A DNA stretch of 64,000 nucleotides from Schizosaccharomyces osmophilus (GCF_027921745.1 NC_079238.1:930001-994000); one strand, 5' to 3'; counted from the first letter of the stretch, positions 13,801 to 27,692 are shown. Program-made: numbers and translations. The notes: a model not told the origin generated them from the letters alone.

Positions 13801-14382
13801 ATGGCCAACCTCAGTACGCAGAAGCGCCTTGCTTCTTCCGTTTTAAAATGCGGCAAACGTAAAGTTTGGATGGATCCCAACGAACTTAGCGAAATCAGCA
13901 ATGCTAACAGCCGTCAAAACATCCGTAAGTTGGTTAAGGACGGTTTGCTCATCCGCAAGCCTAACTTAATGCACTCTCGCTTCCGTATCCGCAAGACCCA
14001 TGCTGCTAAGCGTCTTGGTCGTCACACTGGTTATGGTAAGCGTAAGGGTACTGCTGAGGCTCGTATGCCCTCTGCTGTTGTCTGGATGCGCCGCCAACGT
14101 GTCTTGCGCCGTCTTCTCCGTAAGTACCGTGAAACTGGCAAGATTGATAAGCACCTTTACCACAGCCTTTACTTGGCTGCTAAGGGTAACACCTTTAAGC
14201 ACAAGCGTGCTTTGATTGAACACATCCAACGTGCTAAGGCTGAAGCCAACCGTACTAAGTTACTTCAAGAGCAACAGGATGCTCGTCGTACTCGTTCCAA
14301 GGCCGCTCGTCTCCGTAGAGCTAAGGTTGTCGGAGAAAAGCGTGAACAAGCTTACACCGCTGCTGAGCAAATTGAGGAGTAA
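13801..14382 (+). CDS. rpl19: 60S ribosomal protein L19 (eL19)
   Basis: [46 protein letters not shown]; strong codon bias. Confidence 0.98.
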   Translation: MANLSTQKRLASSVLKCGKRKVWMDPNELSEISNANSRQNIRKLVKDGLLIRKPNLMHSRFRIRKTHAAKRLGRHTGYGKRKGTAEARMPSAVVWMRRQRVLRRLLRKYRETGKIDKHLYHSLYLAAKGNTFKHKRALIEHIQRAKAEANRTKLLQEQQDARRTRSKAARLRRAKVVGEKREQAYTAAEQIEE

Positions 14383-14791
14383 ATGAGTGTACCAAATCTT
14401 TCCCTATAAAATAAGTTTTGCTGCATAATTTATTACGATATCAAACTGTCTTAAACGATTGTGATGACATGTAACGTAAAATACTTCAAATGTGATGAGT
14501 AGAGACAGTAGTATTTCACGCGATGAGTAAATTATGGTGGAGTTTTTCTTTATATTGTAGGGCAAAATATTAAATTCGTGAACGTGAAACCGAAATTCTT
14601 ATGGGTGTAAATGCCAAGTTGGCATTTCGCGTAGTTGACGAGGGCACTTTAGGTCTGTTTGTCGATATCCCTTTGTCCTACACCACCATATTAGAACAAT
14701 TTATATGTTATAGAAAATCTAATAGAAGCTACTAGTCATTAATAAGAGAATTAACTTGCTTATTAGATTATTAATTTTAAACAATTAAAAA

Positions 14792-15970
14792 ATGTCGACG
14801 CTTCTAATTCAAATTGATGAAACATTGATGTTTTTGGGCATTCCTGAAGAAGAAAGCCCTCGAATACGGCATTTGCACAATAGCAATAACATTGCTAAAA
14901 ATCTTGCAGACCAGTTGATGTATTCAATTATACGTCTTTGTTCCACACTGCCCGGAATAGTATTGCAAAATACTTGTGTCGTTTTAGTCGTTGATCTTTT
15001 CTTGAGCAAGAAGGAGAGAGAATCTATTTGCGAAGTATTATTCTTAAACCTAAAAGTGAAAGCAATACTGTGGATGTATTCAACTCTTACAATGACATTG
15101 AGTGCCGAATCCAAAGATGCACTTATCATTGACATAGGGTGGTACGAAACGAAAATCATCCCCATTGCCGATTTAAAAATCCTTAGCAACTTAATCCGTA
15201 TATCTGACAAAAGTACTATGTCAGTGATGAAGCACATGCACAATTGCTTAGCAGCAGTTCGTGCAGCCCCGAATCCGACAAATGCTTCTCAGCGTGAACT
15301 AGTACCTTTCTCGTTCCAAGGCCTTCTTTCATCTCTTCTTAACTCTACAGTTTATCCTTATGCAGACCAAGATGTTCCTTGCGCAATGAATGCCGAAGAA
15401 ATCGTCCGTATTTTTCATAATTCCCCGAGGAGCTTAATGACCTTCGCTCCGAAGCCGTCTCATCATGCTTATCAAGAGGAACTTCTCTTCTTTGATAACT
15501 GCAAAAATGACCAAATTAAATTACCACTTTGGATACCGGCTGCTTGCTTAGAATCACTTTTCCATGGTACAGATTCTATGCATTTAGACCTTGTAGAACA
15601 AGCCTTACCAAATCTTCTGCAACAGGTCATTCAATCTCTTCCCCTTGATCTGAAAAGGCCTTTAGCAAGCAAAGTTTTACTCGCAGGACCTTTAGCTTCT
15701 ATTCCGGGTATGCTAGAGCGTTGGAGGCATGAGATGATTGCTCGAGGGATCACTATCCAATGCCTTCAATCACATATTCAAACCCCGTTTCCTGCCTGGT
15801 ATGGAGCCACTATTTCCTGCAAATCGCAAATGGGGGATATCAATGAAAACAATTCTTCAGCCTCTGTTGAATGTGCCAATCAAAAATTCCCTCCGTCTCC
15901 TATGCTCTTCTCCAATTCCCAGTATTCCCATGGATTACCCTTACCGGAATGGTGGTTTCCCCAAACTTAA
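14792..15970 (+). CDS. arp10: Dynactin actin-related protein Arp10
   Basis: Divergent actin fold (ALIIDIGWYETKIIPI, LPLDLKRPLASKVLLAG, AWYGA); recalled gene order. Confidence 0.75.
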   Translation: MSTLLIQIDETLMFLGIPEEESPRIRHLHNSNNIAKNLADQLMYSIIRLCSTLPGIVLQNTCVVLVVDLFLSKKERESICEVLFLNLKVKAILWMYSTLTMTLSAESKDALIIDIGWYETKIIPIADLKILSNLIRISDKSTMSVMKHMHNCLAAVRAAPNPTNASQRELVPFSFQGLLSSLLNSTVYPYADQDVPCAMNAEEIVRIFHNSPRSLMTFAPKPSHHAYQEELLFFDNCKNDQIKLPLWIPAACLESLFHGTDSMHLDLVEQALPNLLQQVIQSLPLDLKRPLASKVLLAGPLASIPGMLERWRHEMIARGITIQCLQSHIQTPFPAWYGATISCKSQMGDINENNSSASVECANQKFPPSPMLFSNSQYSHGLPLPEWWFPQT

Positions 15971-16160
15971 GACAGTAAACCGTCTCAGTAAACATATAAT
16001 AACGAGGATGGGGTTTCTGTTCTTTATAATACATTAAACGAGTTAGTGAGCTTATGCCGCCACAGTATAATAGTGCTTGGCAGTCTTGTTTGCAATTTCT
16101 ACGTGCAGAAAGCAAAATCCATTCATTGTGGTGAATTGCTTAAAAAATCTCGCAGGAGAC

Positions 16161-19100
16161 ATGAAAGCTGCTGCGCAGAATAATAGTACGAAAAATTATG
16201 TGGTACGTACTCAATGGGAACCTAATTATATCCGGAAGATAGCTAATCAGAGTTTGTTAGTTTTTACCGTTTTCCAAACGAGTAGACAATTTGAAAATCG
16301 ATGTTGCCCATAAAGTACGCCGGGCAGCTGATTTAGAAGATGAAAATGTAAGTATTCGAAGGTGTTTTGGAATTGAAAAAAAAAAATTTAAAACTGACAA
16401 GTTCTAACAACGAATAGCTTGAGTCGTACTTTATCTCTTGTTTAAATAAATGGGTAGAATTGAATCTTTCGACTCATTTTAATAATTTTTTCCGAGATAT
16501 TTCTCCTTATACGCAATCGCTTCCTCAGTTAATTTTTCACCAAGAGACTGTTTTCTCCATCCTCGAAAAATATGCTAGTGAAGGTAATTCGCTTTCTTTA
16601 CAGCCATTGTTGGAGTTGGTCACCCAGTTTGCTCGCGATTTAACAACTGAGTTTGCTGTGTATGTGGATCGTACATTATTGTTACTATCCAAACTTGTGC
16701 GTAGTACCGAGCTAGAAGTTGTCGACTGGTCTTTTCACGCAGTTGCATACCTTTTTAAATATTTGAGAAAGATTCTAGTTCCTCAATTAAGCCATATTTA
16801 TGATGTTCTGTCTCCATTATTAGGTAAACAAAAAGAAAAGGCTCATGTCATCCGGTTTACCTCGGAAGCTCTGTCCTTTTTGTGCCGCTTATGCAAAGAA
16901 GAAAATGCTTATCCATTTGTTCATCATATTTTGAATGACTTAAATGAAAACTACTCGACTCAGTATTTGGAGGGTATTGTTATCCTTTTTTCCCGCATTA
17001 TCGAAGGCGTTGGTTCTAGTGTTCATTCGAAAGGTATCACTTTCTTAAGAATCCTTATGGATCCTTCTATTTATGCATTACCCAAAGCTACACCTGTTTG
17101 TATCCCCGTTTTGATTTCCATCATTCATCATTCCACTGTAGAGTCTTTTGTGGAAGTTCAGGATGTACTTATTCAAAAGATTAGGGAGAATCCTTTTCTT
17201 TATATAAAATCATTTGTTACCGTTGTCGCTACCCGAAAGGGTGGCAGACTTTCAAACTCTTCGACTTTCCTTGAAGTTTACAAAAAACTGTTAGAGACAA
17301 TTGATTGGGAATCTGCAGAATATTCTAATTTAACAATAGTATACCAATTGGGAGCATATCTTATTACGTATCCCGAGGTTCCTGCTGTTATTCCTCACAG
17401 CACGCATATTTTAAGCTTCCTACAGCAAGGCCCTCCCTCATTGTTTTTATCGTTTGCTGACTTTGTTCAAAAGTTAAATCATCAAAGATACGTTTCTTTT
17501 GTTAAGCCTGTATTGTCCAAATATGTATCCTCGCATCCTGATTTGGATATGATTCACATGGCTGTTATGGAAATAATATTCGACAAAGAAGTTTCTTTAA
17601 CTCCCAACATACTTAATATGGTTAGTGAAAGTTTGTCTAAAGTATCTTTCCTGACCGAAAGTGGGGAGCCTTTGACTGAAAATGAATTGGCTTCCGTATG
17701 GTCTCAATTAATTCTAATATCTTGTTCCAGTATGGATGGAGATCAACTGTATGATTGTTGTTTGCGGCTTTTAGAAAAAACGGAAAGTTTATCTTCACCC
17801 TCTTTGCTTTTTGGAAATTTGGTGGGCTTAATTTTAGGAATTCTCAACGAAAAGTTAAGTAAAAATTTAAAGAACAACTCATCACGCGTACACAAGCTAA
17901 TGAATGTGGTGCTGCCTAAGTTTGAACTGTATTCCTCAAGCAAGTATTTCTTGGAAAATTTGATACCATTTGCAGCAATGAAAGCTGGTTCTGTTGAGAA
18001 ATTTATGGATCCCATAATTAACTCCTTGCTAAAAAATCTGGTAAGCGGTGCTGCTGGCCTTAGGGGCGTTTCAATAAATTTAGTTCTCACTATAATTGAA
18101 CGCGTCAACGGACAGTGTTCGGCCCCTTTGCTACATATCAGGGATTTAATTCAAATGCCACTTAGCCCTTCAACGAGCCGTGATGCAGTTGTACTTGCTC
18201 GGAACATTGTCAGCAAAATAAATCTACTTTCAGCACAAGATCGGAAAATCGCTTTATATTCTTTACTTGGATGTATCATAGTTAGGTTTACTCCTGTCTG
18301 GAAGGATTTCGCAAAGGCGATAACAAACTTGGTCAATAAAGAATTAGAGGGAGAGTTCATGAGTATAATGTTTACTTGGCTATCTTCTCCCAATCCCCCG
18401 GCAAATTTGCTTACTGAAGAGCAACAGTCAACGCTTCGTTTTGAGCCTTCTGAAGTCAATTATCTTTCTTCATTAGACAGATACGAGTTTACTTGTCCTT
18501 CTTTTGCAGCTTCTGAAGAAACATTTAGCACTTGCCTGTTCAATTTTGAGGAACCTAGGGTGCAGAGCATAAAAAATTTGTTAAAGCCGTTGGAAGACGA
18601 TTATTCGAATCTTCCTTCGTATCGTTCTCAAAGCTTACGTATCTTGAATGAATCCTCTGATTTGGTTTATAGCCATATCGGTCAAATCGATGAGTATCTC
18701 TTTAGTCTTCAACATGGATTCGAATTAAATACGGATTGGTCTCGGCAAGATGTGTATATGCTCTTAGGCCTTTATTCACGTCTTCAAGGACAAGAACACA
18801 CCAAAAATGCAAGTAAACGAAAGGAGTTGTTTCTGTGGGGGCTTAGTGTTAGTGACTCCAAGGTGCAATCTTCTGCACTGGATGCATTGTTATGCTACAA
18901 AGACGAGAGCTTAAATGTCTACGAAGGAAATTTAAAGAACTTGCTTGATGACAAAAAATTCAGAGATGAACTGACAACTTTCCTTTTTGTTAATCCGGAG
19001 GACAGTATAATTCAGGAACCTCATCGTTTAAATCTTATGCCTGTTGTCATTGGAATCTTGTATGGGAAAATGACCTCCGCAGCCTATGGCGGTCAAAAAA

Positions 19101-22100
19101 ATCAAAATGCTCGACGATCCACTGTTTTATCTACCCTTGGAAATATGAGGATTTCGGATCTAGAATTATTGATAGGTTTGATGCTCAGGCCCTATGAAAA
19201 TTTGCCTCGTTATTTTGTTGATGAAACAGATCCACTTGGTCTTGTGAAATCATTACCTGCGATATCTCAAAGACGTCAAATTGGTTTCCTCTCAATGGTT
19301 GAAGAACTTCTTAAGCAAATCGCTTCGAAGTTAACACCTGTGGCACCCTCGATTCTCAATGCTGTTTTGTACAGTTTGTTGTTTGTAGATCACTTGCTTG
19401 GTTCCAATAACGACTCGGCCTCCCCTGAAGTCAAACTCGCCCACACTATTCGCCATAACTCATTAAAAGTATATTTGTCGTTTTTGACCTCCTGCCCTGA
19501 AGTCGATTTTGGTCCGTATAATGTGTTCTTATTTAAATACTTCGTTTATCCTAAACTTCCTAAGTTTGCGACTGAGAATACTCAAAGCGTTTCTACGCTT
19601 ATGCAAATTTTCAGAGTATGGTTTGATAGTACTACATATTTGTCCTCAATCTTAGAGTTTGGCAGTTCCGTAGTGGAGGTTTTGCTAGATGTTATCTGTC
19701 AATCTACTGTTAAGGTACCTGTTATTCTCTTTGTTTTTGAGGTTCTTAATAGTGTCGTCTTGCACGCGCAATCTGAAGATACGGAGGAAAAATTTAGACA
19801 AAATGTTGCTTCATTAGTGATACTCCCCAACGTAAATTTAATTTTTCAAAATCTGTCCGATGTACTTGGAAAGCCGGCTTTTGCGGACAACAGTCGAGTT
19901 TTAGATGGATTAGTCGTGGTACTAACCAATATCTCTGAGTTCATCTCTAGCGAACTCGATTCGTCGCATTTACTTGACTTACTCGTTCAATTTTTGAAGA
20001 AGCCAAAAAGACTGGTGCCAAACCCTGTAAAAGCAAATATACTGGAGCTGTTCGCCCGTTTTCTTCCCAACAATAAACCATGGGTGCAAGCTTCATTAGT
20101 GGAGTCCACAAAATTTGAAGCATTGATGCAAATGTACGCTCACATTGAGGAACCTTCATCTCGCAAATCTTTGAACGGCATATTAAGAGCTTTCAGCGAT
20201 GTTAATACCGATATTGCATTTGGTTCTGTCTTTGCAGAAGAGGTTAACTCATTTTCTCAAAAGCGACTTGATGAACCTGATTTTGAACGTCGACTGTCAG
20301 CTTTTACTTCACTTAACGAAAAACATTATGCCGATATCACTAATTTAACTTGGTTACCCGTACTCTATAACTGTTTTTTCTTTATTCGAGATGAAGATGA
20401 ATTGTCTATTAGGAGCAGTGCGACACTTGGAATCAAGCGCTTCATTGATACGATATCTTTGGAAGATGAGATTAGTGCTTTCAAAGCATCGTTATTTCAA
20501 AATTCTATCCTTCCTAACATAAAAACAAACATGAGGCATAAAAATGAATTTATTAGACAGGAATTCGTATCTTTGCTTAATTATTCGATTACGAATCTCC
20601 CTACATTTGAAAGTATTTCTGACATGCACGCCTTGATTTTTGATGGAGATGAAGAAGCCAACTTCTTTAATAATATTCTTCATATTCAATTACATAGAAG
20701 ACGACGTGCAATGAGGAGATTGGCAACTATATGTGATACAGGAATTATTAAAAGTTCAAACATCTCACATATATTTTTACCTCTGTTAGAACATTATTGT
20801 TTTTCCATAAATATTCCTCAGGCGTTGATTGATGATACTGTACTAACTATTGGCGATATTGCTAAATGGTTGCAATGGAACCAATATCAGGCAATTTTGA
20901 AACGCTATATTGGATTGCTAAAAAATGTGTCTATGGATCAGAAGATCGTTATCCGTTTGATAAATGCTTTAGTAACTGCCTTAAGACCATTAGAGGTTGC
21001 TGTCGCATCTTATAACAAACCAGATGAGATGGACATGGAAGTAGACAAACCAGATGAAATGGACATGGAAGTAGACAATAATGATAAGTTGACATACAGG
21101 AATGCTCTTACCGATAGCTTGCCAGAAAAGTCGAAGTTGACTGCTTGTTTCGATCATCAAATTCTTCCTCCCTTGCTTCTTTACCTTCATATAAGAGAGG
21201 AATCAACAGTCATGCTTCGTGTTTCAATTGCTTTGTCAATAGTACAGTTAATTGCTTTGCTTTCGGATGAGCAGATCGCGTTACGCTTACCTTCTGTACT
21301 AATCGACATTTGCCATATCCTTCGAAGTCGAGCCCAAGATTCACGAGATGCTACTCGAAAAACTCTATCCTCTATTGCGAAAGTTTTAGGGCCCAAGTAT
21401 TTCTCGTTTATCCTTAATCAACTGAGAATCTCTTTGCAAAGAGGTTACCAATTGCATGTTCTTGGGTATACTGTGCATTCACTCCTGGTCACGGTTGAAG
21501 AGGTATATCCTTATGGTTCTCTTGACTACTGTTTGGATAACCTCTCCACTATATTTGTTCATGAAATATTTGGTGAAGTAGGATTAGAGAAAGACGCAGA
21601 AGAATACAAGTCCAACGTTAAAGAGATTAAAGGGAATAAGAGCTTTGATTCCTATGAAATTGTTGCTCGTATGTCTGGTATCGAAAGCCTTGGTATACTT
21701 TTACGTCCTGTGAAGAATGTTTTATCTGAAACGACATACCCTAGATCCTTAAGAAAAGTGGATGAATTGTCTCGAAGATTGTCTATGGGTGTTATGGCTA
21801 ATAAGCAAAGCGCAACTCAAAAGGCTTTGATTTTTTGCTATAATGTTTTTGATTACGTGGCGAAACAGAATGCTATTATCTCTGCGAACGATAATCATGA
21901 AGGACAGCAGAGGAAACCCAACCATTTCGCCAAGAATTCGAAAAAGCTTGTTAGATTTGCATTGGATGCTCTTCGTGGGATTATTACAAGACATAAGGAG
22001 CTACTTACCTCTCAAAATATGGCTGGATTTGTTCCCATTATCGGTGATGCATTGTTAAGCGATTCTGAAGAGCTAAATATATCTGCTCTACGTATTATAG

Positions 22101-23812
22101 TTGTTTTACTCCCATTGAAAATGTCACAGCTTTTTTCAGGAAGTTCTGTTTTCATTTCCCAGGCTATTAAGTTGATACAGAACTCTCCGACTACGAACTC
22201 TGATTTGTGCCAAGCTAGTCTTAAATTCATTGCTAGTATTTTGCCTTACGAAGGTGTTGAAATTAAAGAATCTGCTTTAAGCTATCTTTTGGAAAGGATA
22301 AGCAGTGACATAGAAGAGCCTGATCGCCAGGGTGTTATGTTTTCTTTAGTTAGAGCTAGCATTGTTCGAAAAGCTATGTCAGCGGAACTTTATAAACTAA
22401 TGGATAAAATCCGTGATATGATGGTTACTAACCATACGAAATCAACCCGCCAAACTTGTCGTCATTTGTACTATGGTTTCCTTTTGGATTTCCCACAAGG
22501 GAAAACAAGGTTTGCGAAGCAAATGTCCTTTATCTTAAAAAACCTTGAATATGAATTTGCACCCGGCAGAGAATCAATAATGGAATTATTGCATGCTATT
22601 CTAAATAATTTTAGTAACACTCTCCTGAGAGAGTATCTTCATGGAATATTTCTTGCTCTGGTAATGGTTTTGGTCAATGACCCTGAACCACATTGTCGGG
22701 AGATGTCTGCTGAACTTATAAGAATGGTTTTCCAGCGAGTAGACGAAGAAAGTTATACCTTAATTAGACAACTTTTGTTTACTTGGATTTCAAACAAGTC
22801 TAATACTGGTAAGAATTTAAGCCGAGTTGGAATGCAACTGTTTGGGCTGCTATTTGAGATTTATGGATTTGAAAAAACTCAAGAAGTTAAAGTTTTCACT
22901 GGAGTATTGATTGATGTTGTTCAAACGGCAATAGACAAAGCTGATGATGCCCTAGATGAGTGGGAAATGCTTTATTTCGGTCTTCAGTCATGGCTTAAAC
23001 TTGTTATTGCTAATCCAGAAAAGGCTTGTAGTCGTGATTATGAACAAATTTGGACTCGCCTTCGTTATGTTCTTCTTTTTAAGCATTCGTGGGTTCGACT
23101 TTCTGTTTCACGCCTTTACGGTTACTTCTTTGCGATAGCTGGCAACTCGAGTTTCAATCAAGTGAACTTAAAAGCGTCTGAAGTAGAATTTGAACTGGAT
23201 TTCGTTTTGCAAATTTCAAATGCAATGCAGGCTCAATTACGCAGTTCTTCCCTTACTGAGGAATTGGGAACACAAGTTGTTAAAAACTTGGTATTCTTAA
23301 CTCGCTGGTTTAACAGTATCCGAAATGCAAACTCTGAACCCTTTTTGGAGATTTTTGGACGTATGTATAAGAGCTTAAGGAAACAAAGGGTTGAGAGCAT
23401 GGATCTCAGCAAGAAATACATGATTCAATTCTTCGTGATTATTATTCGAATCTTTTCAACTGATGAATTACTACCTGTTATAAAGGATATTTTAAGCGCT
23501 TTGTATAGATATACTGAGTTGAATGAGGCGGAAAAAAACTTACAACAAGAACTTGTAGATACTGTGATTGAGTCTCTTGATGTCCTTCAGTCCAAGGTTG
23601 GAACAACTGAATATATCAATGCATATCAAGAAGTTCGTCAAGCTAGTCTAGATGTTAGACGCGAACGACGTGAGAAACGAGCTATCGAGCATGTTGTTGA
23701 TCCAGGGACTGCTGCTAAGAAAAAGCTACGTAAATATGAGAAGAAGCACGATGTTCGCAAAGGAAAAACACAGCATCAAAAGATGTTGAATGCTGTCTTT
23801 AAAAAAAGGTAA
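16161..23812 (+). CDS. utp20: U3 snoRNP/SSU processome HEAT protein Utp20; two short 5' introns (about 16203-16260 and 16348-16417)
   Basis: Large HEAT-repeat ORF with RLDEPDFERRL, NILHIQLHRRRRA, LQRGYQLHVLGYT motifs; upstream exons MKAAAQNNSTKNYV/FLPFSKRVDNLKID splice in frame. Confidence 0.93.
21017..21076 (+). repeat. 30-bp in-frame tandem duplication in utp20 (KPDEMDMEVD x2)
   Basis: aaaccagatgagatggacatggaagtagac / aaaccagatgaaatggacatggaagtagac. Confidence 0.9.
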
Positions 23813-24067
23813 AAAAGGGAATACACGGTAGAATATTAGGATAATGACTTAATAATATGGATTTTGGTAAAATAGAGTCATCAGATATATATTAATCTAC
23901 ACTAATTAAGAAATATAGAGGTGGAATATGAAGAGGTCAAAAAAGCAAGTAAAAGCGACAGTAGTAATGTAATATTGGGTTTTCATATAGATAAATAATG
24001 TATGACTTGATATAAATATGCAATGAAGGATGGACGCAATATAAAGTTACGGAAAACGGAAGATGCA

Positions 24068-25312
24068 TCAGTTTCTTGTTTTTGGTCTACCGCGGCCACG
24101 ACCTTTTGATTTTCGTCCGCCTACGTTTGACGGTTCATCATCACTTACACATTCATCTAGATTAAGACCAGCATCACGGCATCTTCCACAGGGTCTTTGA
24201 CGATCACACCCCTTCTTTGAACGCCGACAGCGGGAACAGCGACTTTTTGAGAATGAAGAAGAATCAAAGTAAGTTGGAAACGAGCCTGTGTTGATGTGGG
24301 AATTTGAGAGGTTTTCCGATCCTTGATTCGTTGAAAGTTCTTTATTATCTTCACTGTTGTTTGAAGTAAGTTGTTGAAAACTTGAAATTGTCTGACTAGA
24401 CGAATGCCTCAAACTATTATTTGAACGGCGTCGCTTAGAAAAAGAGTGTAAAGATTCGCAGATTGATGAGTCACTCTGATGAGGATCTACCAAAGGATGA
24501 GTTTTGGACATGATAGGCAATTTCCCGGAATTGGGGTTTTCAGACTTAGTATGTGTAGACGAGGTTTTGGAAGTAGAATCAGAATTTCGGTGATCAGAGG
24601 AAGAAGTATTGCCCAGTCGAATAAGTTGCCAAGCAACATCTTCGTCGGAAAGGGAACGTTTTTTTGTAAATTCCCTGGGATGCTGATCTATGGAAGAAGT
24701 GACTGACGGAGGAGAGGCAGGCAAAGATGGATTTGAGTATGCGGAATACGAATTGGATGTTTTCATCGGAGAGCGATTGGTTGGGTTCAAAATGGGGGAA
24801 ATTGAGCTTTTTTGTTCTCCTTTAGAACTTGAAGCGGAAGAAGCACGAGTCTGTGGAGGTTGGTCAAAAGGAAAAGCGGATCCAGGTGGAGAATGGTGAA
24901 CCAGGTTAGAGATCTTAGAAACGGGGTGCCGAGCAGCAGCTGAGGCCGAGGAAGAATCAAGGACACCAGGAGCATGATGAGAGCTAGGAAAAGGGTTTGG
25001 ACCCGAGTTGGAGGATGTATGGTAAGTGGCACTGAGGGGAGTAAGAGGATGGCTAGGTTCAGGGGAAGAAATCAAGAAAGATATGTGTGGTGGAGGATGA
25101 GAGGAGGAATGCAGGGTTGTGGTAGAGGCGGGACGTGAAGAAGCAGACTTGAAAGCAGGCCGCACAGGAGCTGAAGTGGTATTGGCTGAAGAATTGGAAG
25201 AATTTATACAGGCGACAGCAGAGGAAGGAGCCATGGAGGTAGGAATCGAGGAAGGAGGAGCGGCAGAGAAAATGGGACCCGTCATGGGTTGTAAAATGCT
25301 TTGTAAATCCAT
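24068..25312 (-). CDS. Zn(II)2Cys6 transcription factor with Ser/Pro-rich N-terminus and C-terminal AT-hook
   Basis: CSRCRRSKKGCDRQRPCGRC..EC cluster and GRGRPK at the C-terminus; first ATG (MDLQSILQP) at 25312. Confidence 0.85.
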   Translation of the reverse strand: MDLQSILQPMTGPIFSAAPPSSIPTSMAPSSAVACINSSNSSANTTSAPVRPAFKSASSRPASTTTLHSSSHPPPHISFLISSPEPSHPLTPLSATYHTSSNSGPNPFPSSHHAPGVLDSSSASAAARHPVSKISNLVHHSPPGSAFPFDQPPQTRASSASSSKGEQKSSISPILNPTNRSPMKTSNSYSAYSNPSLPASPPSVTSSIDQHPREFTKKRSLSDEDVAWQLIRLGNTSSSDHRNSDSTSKTSSTHTKSENPNSGKLPIMSKTHPLVDPHQSDSSICESLHSFSKRRRSNNSLRHSSSQTISSFQQLTSNNSEDNKELSTNQGSENLSNSHINTGSFPTYFDSSSFSKSRCSRCRRSKKGCDRQRPCGRCRDAGLNLDECVSDDEPSNVGGRKSKGRGRGRPKTRN

Positions 25313-25482
25313 TGGGAGAGAAGTGAAAAGTATGTGAAAAGTGGAAAAAATAAGAGAACAGAAACAGCTAGAATCCGATGAGAGAAAGAAAGACAAGAGT
25401 GGAATCGTTGAATTGTAGAAGCAAAGGTAGAAAAAGAGAGACACAGGAATGAAGGAAGAAACAATGAAAGAAATAAAAAGGA

Positions 25483-25486
<4 letters not shown>

Positions 25487-25517
<31 letters not shown>
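25487..25517 (+). repeat. (GA)n microsatellite
   Basis: About 15 GA units. Confidence 0.9.
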
Positions 25518-25521
<4 letters not shown>

Positions 25522-27620
25522 AGGAAAGAAAAGAAAAAGAGAAACCGTTCAATAAATAAACTAGGGGCTAAGGAATAAATAAACGAGAAGAAAAGGAAAG
25601 TGAGAGGAAAAAAAGTGGATGAAAAAGATTCGCAGTTGAAAAGAAACCGGAAGTTTTAAGAAAAGGGAAATATCTACCAGAAACGAATTGGGGAATTTGA
25701 AAACACAATATACAAGAGGGGAAAGGAAAAAGGAATGAAACCAACGACGACAAGTTCCTATTCAGTGTCTACAAGACAAGAGAGAGTGATGGAAAAAATA
25801 GAAAAGGAAAAAAAGTGTCAGTTGGGAAGCAGCGGGAAAGAAGCCGACAAAACAAGAGCGAGGGCAAGGGAGCCAATTGGAAGGGAATCGAAACGACAAA
25901 ATAGCAAAGTTGCTACAGGAGGAAAGAGAAGATGGGTGAGTGAATGGGAAAGCCAAGAAAAGAGCGACGATGAAAGGGTTGCAAAAAAGCGAGCAAGGAG
26001 GATCGTTTATGTCGCAGTAAATAAAACCAAAAAAAGGAAGATAGGAAAGCTAGAAAAGGTTGCGAAAAGAAAAGAAGAAGGAAAAGGACAACGAAAAAGC
26101 AAAGTAGGAGAGGAATCAGAGACGAACAAACAAAGCAAAGAGAGAAAAAGAAAAAGTGTCGGGCAGTCGGGACGTCCGTCCTGCGAGGAAGAGGAAAAAG
26201 ATGAGCAGAGAGCTTCGATAGAAAACGCAAAAAAGAGCCAAATAGACTGGCGAAAACAAAAAGCAAACACTTGAAAAAAGATAGAAAGAAGGGGAGGGAA
26301 AGTGGAAAGTAGAAGATGAAATTGCGGAAGTAGAAAGTATGGGGATCCAAGTTGACGATCCTCGGTTATGACACATTACCAGTGGAATTAGCAAGTTCGC
26401 TATAATATTACTAAATGGTACGAAGCGAAATGAAGGGGAAGGCTAACCGAAAAGAAATTTTCGCGAAACATTTGAGGCGGTTTGTTTTGCACAAGAAGGA
26501 GCGCTTTATAAGAAAACAAATTAATAGAAAACAATGAAAGTGTTTTCTATTAATTTGTATTCTTTTTTGGTGTAGATTCTTTGGAACGATCCCTTTGGGA
26601 AAAGGTTGTGAGCTAGGTATGTGAAGCGACGGGAAGGCGGGATTTTCAGGGGAAAATTTTTTAAGAATATTGTTAGGCGAAGGATGATATCATGTTGGTG
26701 AGAAAAGAAAGAAAACAAGAGAGAAAACAAGGATATTACCATTTGTGGTAATCGTTTGTATTTTTTAAAGTAATTTAAGAGTGTTTAAGAGATATTTCTT
26801 TGGTAATACGTTTCTCTTTTTGGTGAAGCTGAAGCTGACAGGAAACCCTCAAGAGTTTGTTGCGAGTAAGCAAGATGAATCTCTTTTCAGACAATAATAC
26901 AATAGAAAAGAAAACCTTTAATTAGAAATTCAACAAGAATGCTTGGTTTCCGTAACGATCAACTTTATCTTTCTGGCTTAGAAATCCTAGAAAAAGAAGA
27001 AAGACGTAAACAATGTTGTAGAACCGTCAGAGGTGATATTTGTTGGATGATAGAAATTGAATTGGGGGAAATGGGATAGAGAAGAAAAGAAAGTACCTTT
27101 TTCCTTTTTCCTTTTCCACAACTTTATGACTTTACGACTTTATGAATGCTTGTAAAATCGCTTTTCAATCGCAAAAAGACAAATTCCACCCACTAAACAT
27201 TGCCACTTCCTTTTCTCTATTGTTTCCCTTGGTGTTCAAAGAAGCATTCATCAAGCAAATGGTCCGGTCCTCCTTGGGATTTTTCAAAACAATAACAGAA
27301 TGCAATTCAATATAGCGTCATTCTTGCCATACAAAAAGAAATAAAAAGGAATCAATTGAAGTATCTACTGTGTCTGTTTTATGCTTTCGTCCATCTAGAA
27401 ATCCTCTTCTTTCATCTTTTATCTTTCATCCTTATTGCTACTGAATACCTTGGCACTGTTATTCTGTCTACAAGGATGCTACAAAGGTTGCTCCTACAGG
27501 TTCTAGGAAACCACGAAATAAGCAACAACAGGAAAAAAAATAAAAAAAATAAAGTAAAGAATAAAAAGCAAAAACAAAAACAAAATCAAAAAATTGAGAG
27601 CGAAAACATAATAAAAAAGA

Positions 27621-27692
27621 TTCCGTCAGGGGGAATCGAACCCCCGCCGCATCGGTGAGAGCGATGAATCCTAGCCACTGGACCATGACGGA
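27621..27692 (-). tRNA. tRNA-Glu (CTC)
   Basis: TCCGTCA..TGACGGA acceptor stem, CATCG-CT-CTC-AC-CGATG anticodon arm, GGTTCGATTCC T-loop; 72 nt. Confidence 0.96.

Noticed and set aside
14461..14530. Several TGATGA (box C-like) motifs downstream of rpl19
   Set aside because: No matching CTGA box D or terminal stem nearby, so no snoRNA call
25735..26274. 179-aa Lys/Arg/Glu-rich ORF and the overlapping Phe/Ser/Leu-rich antisense ORFs
   Set aside because: Explained by purine skew that depletes stop codons; no domain features
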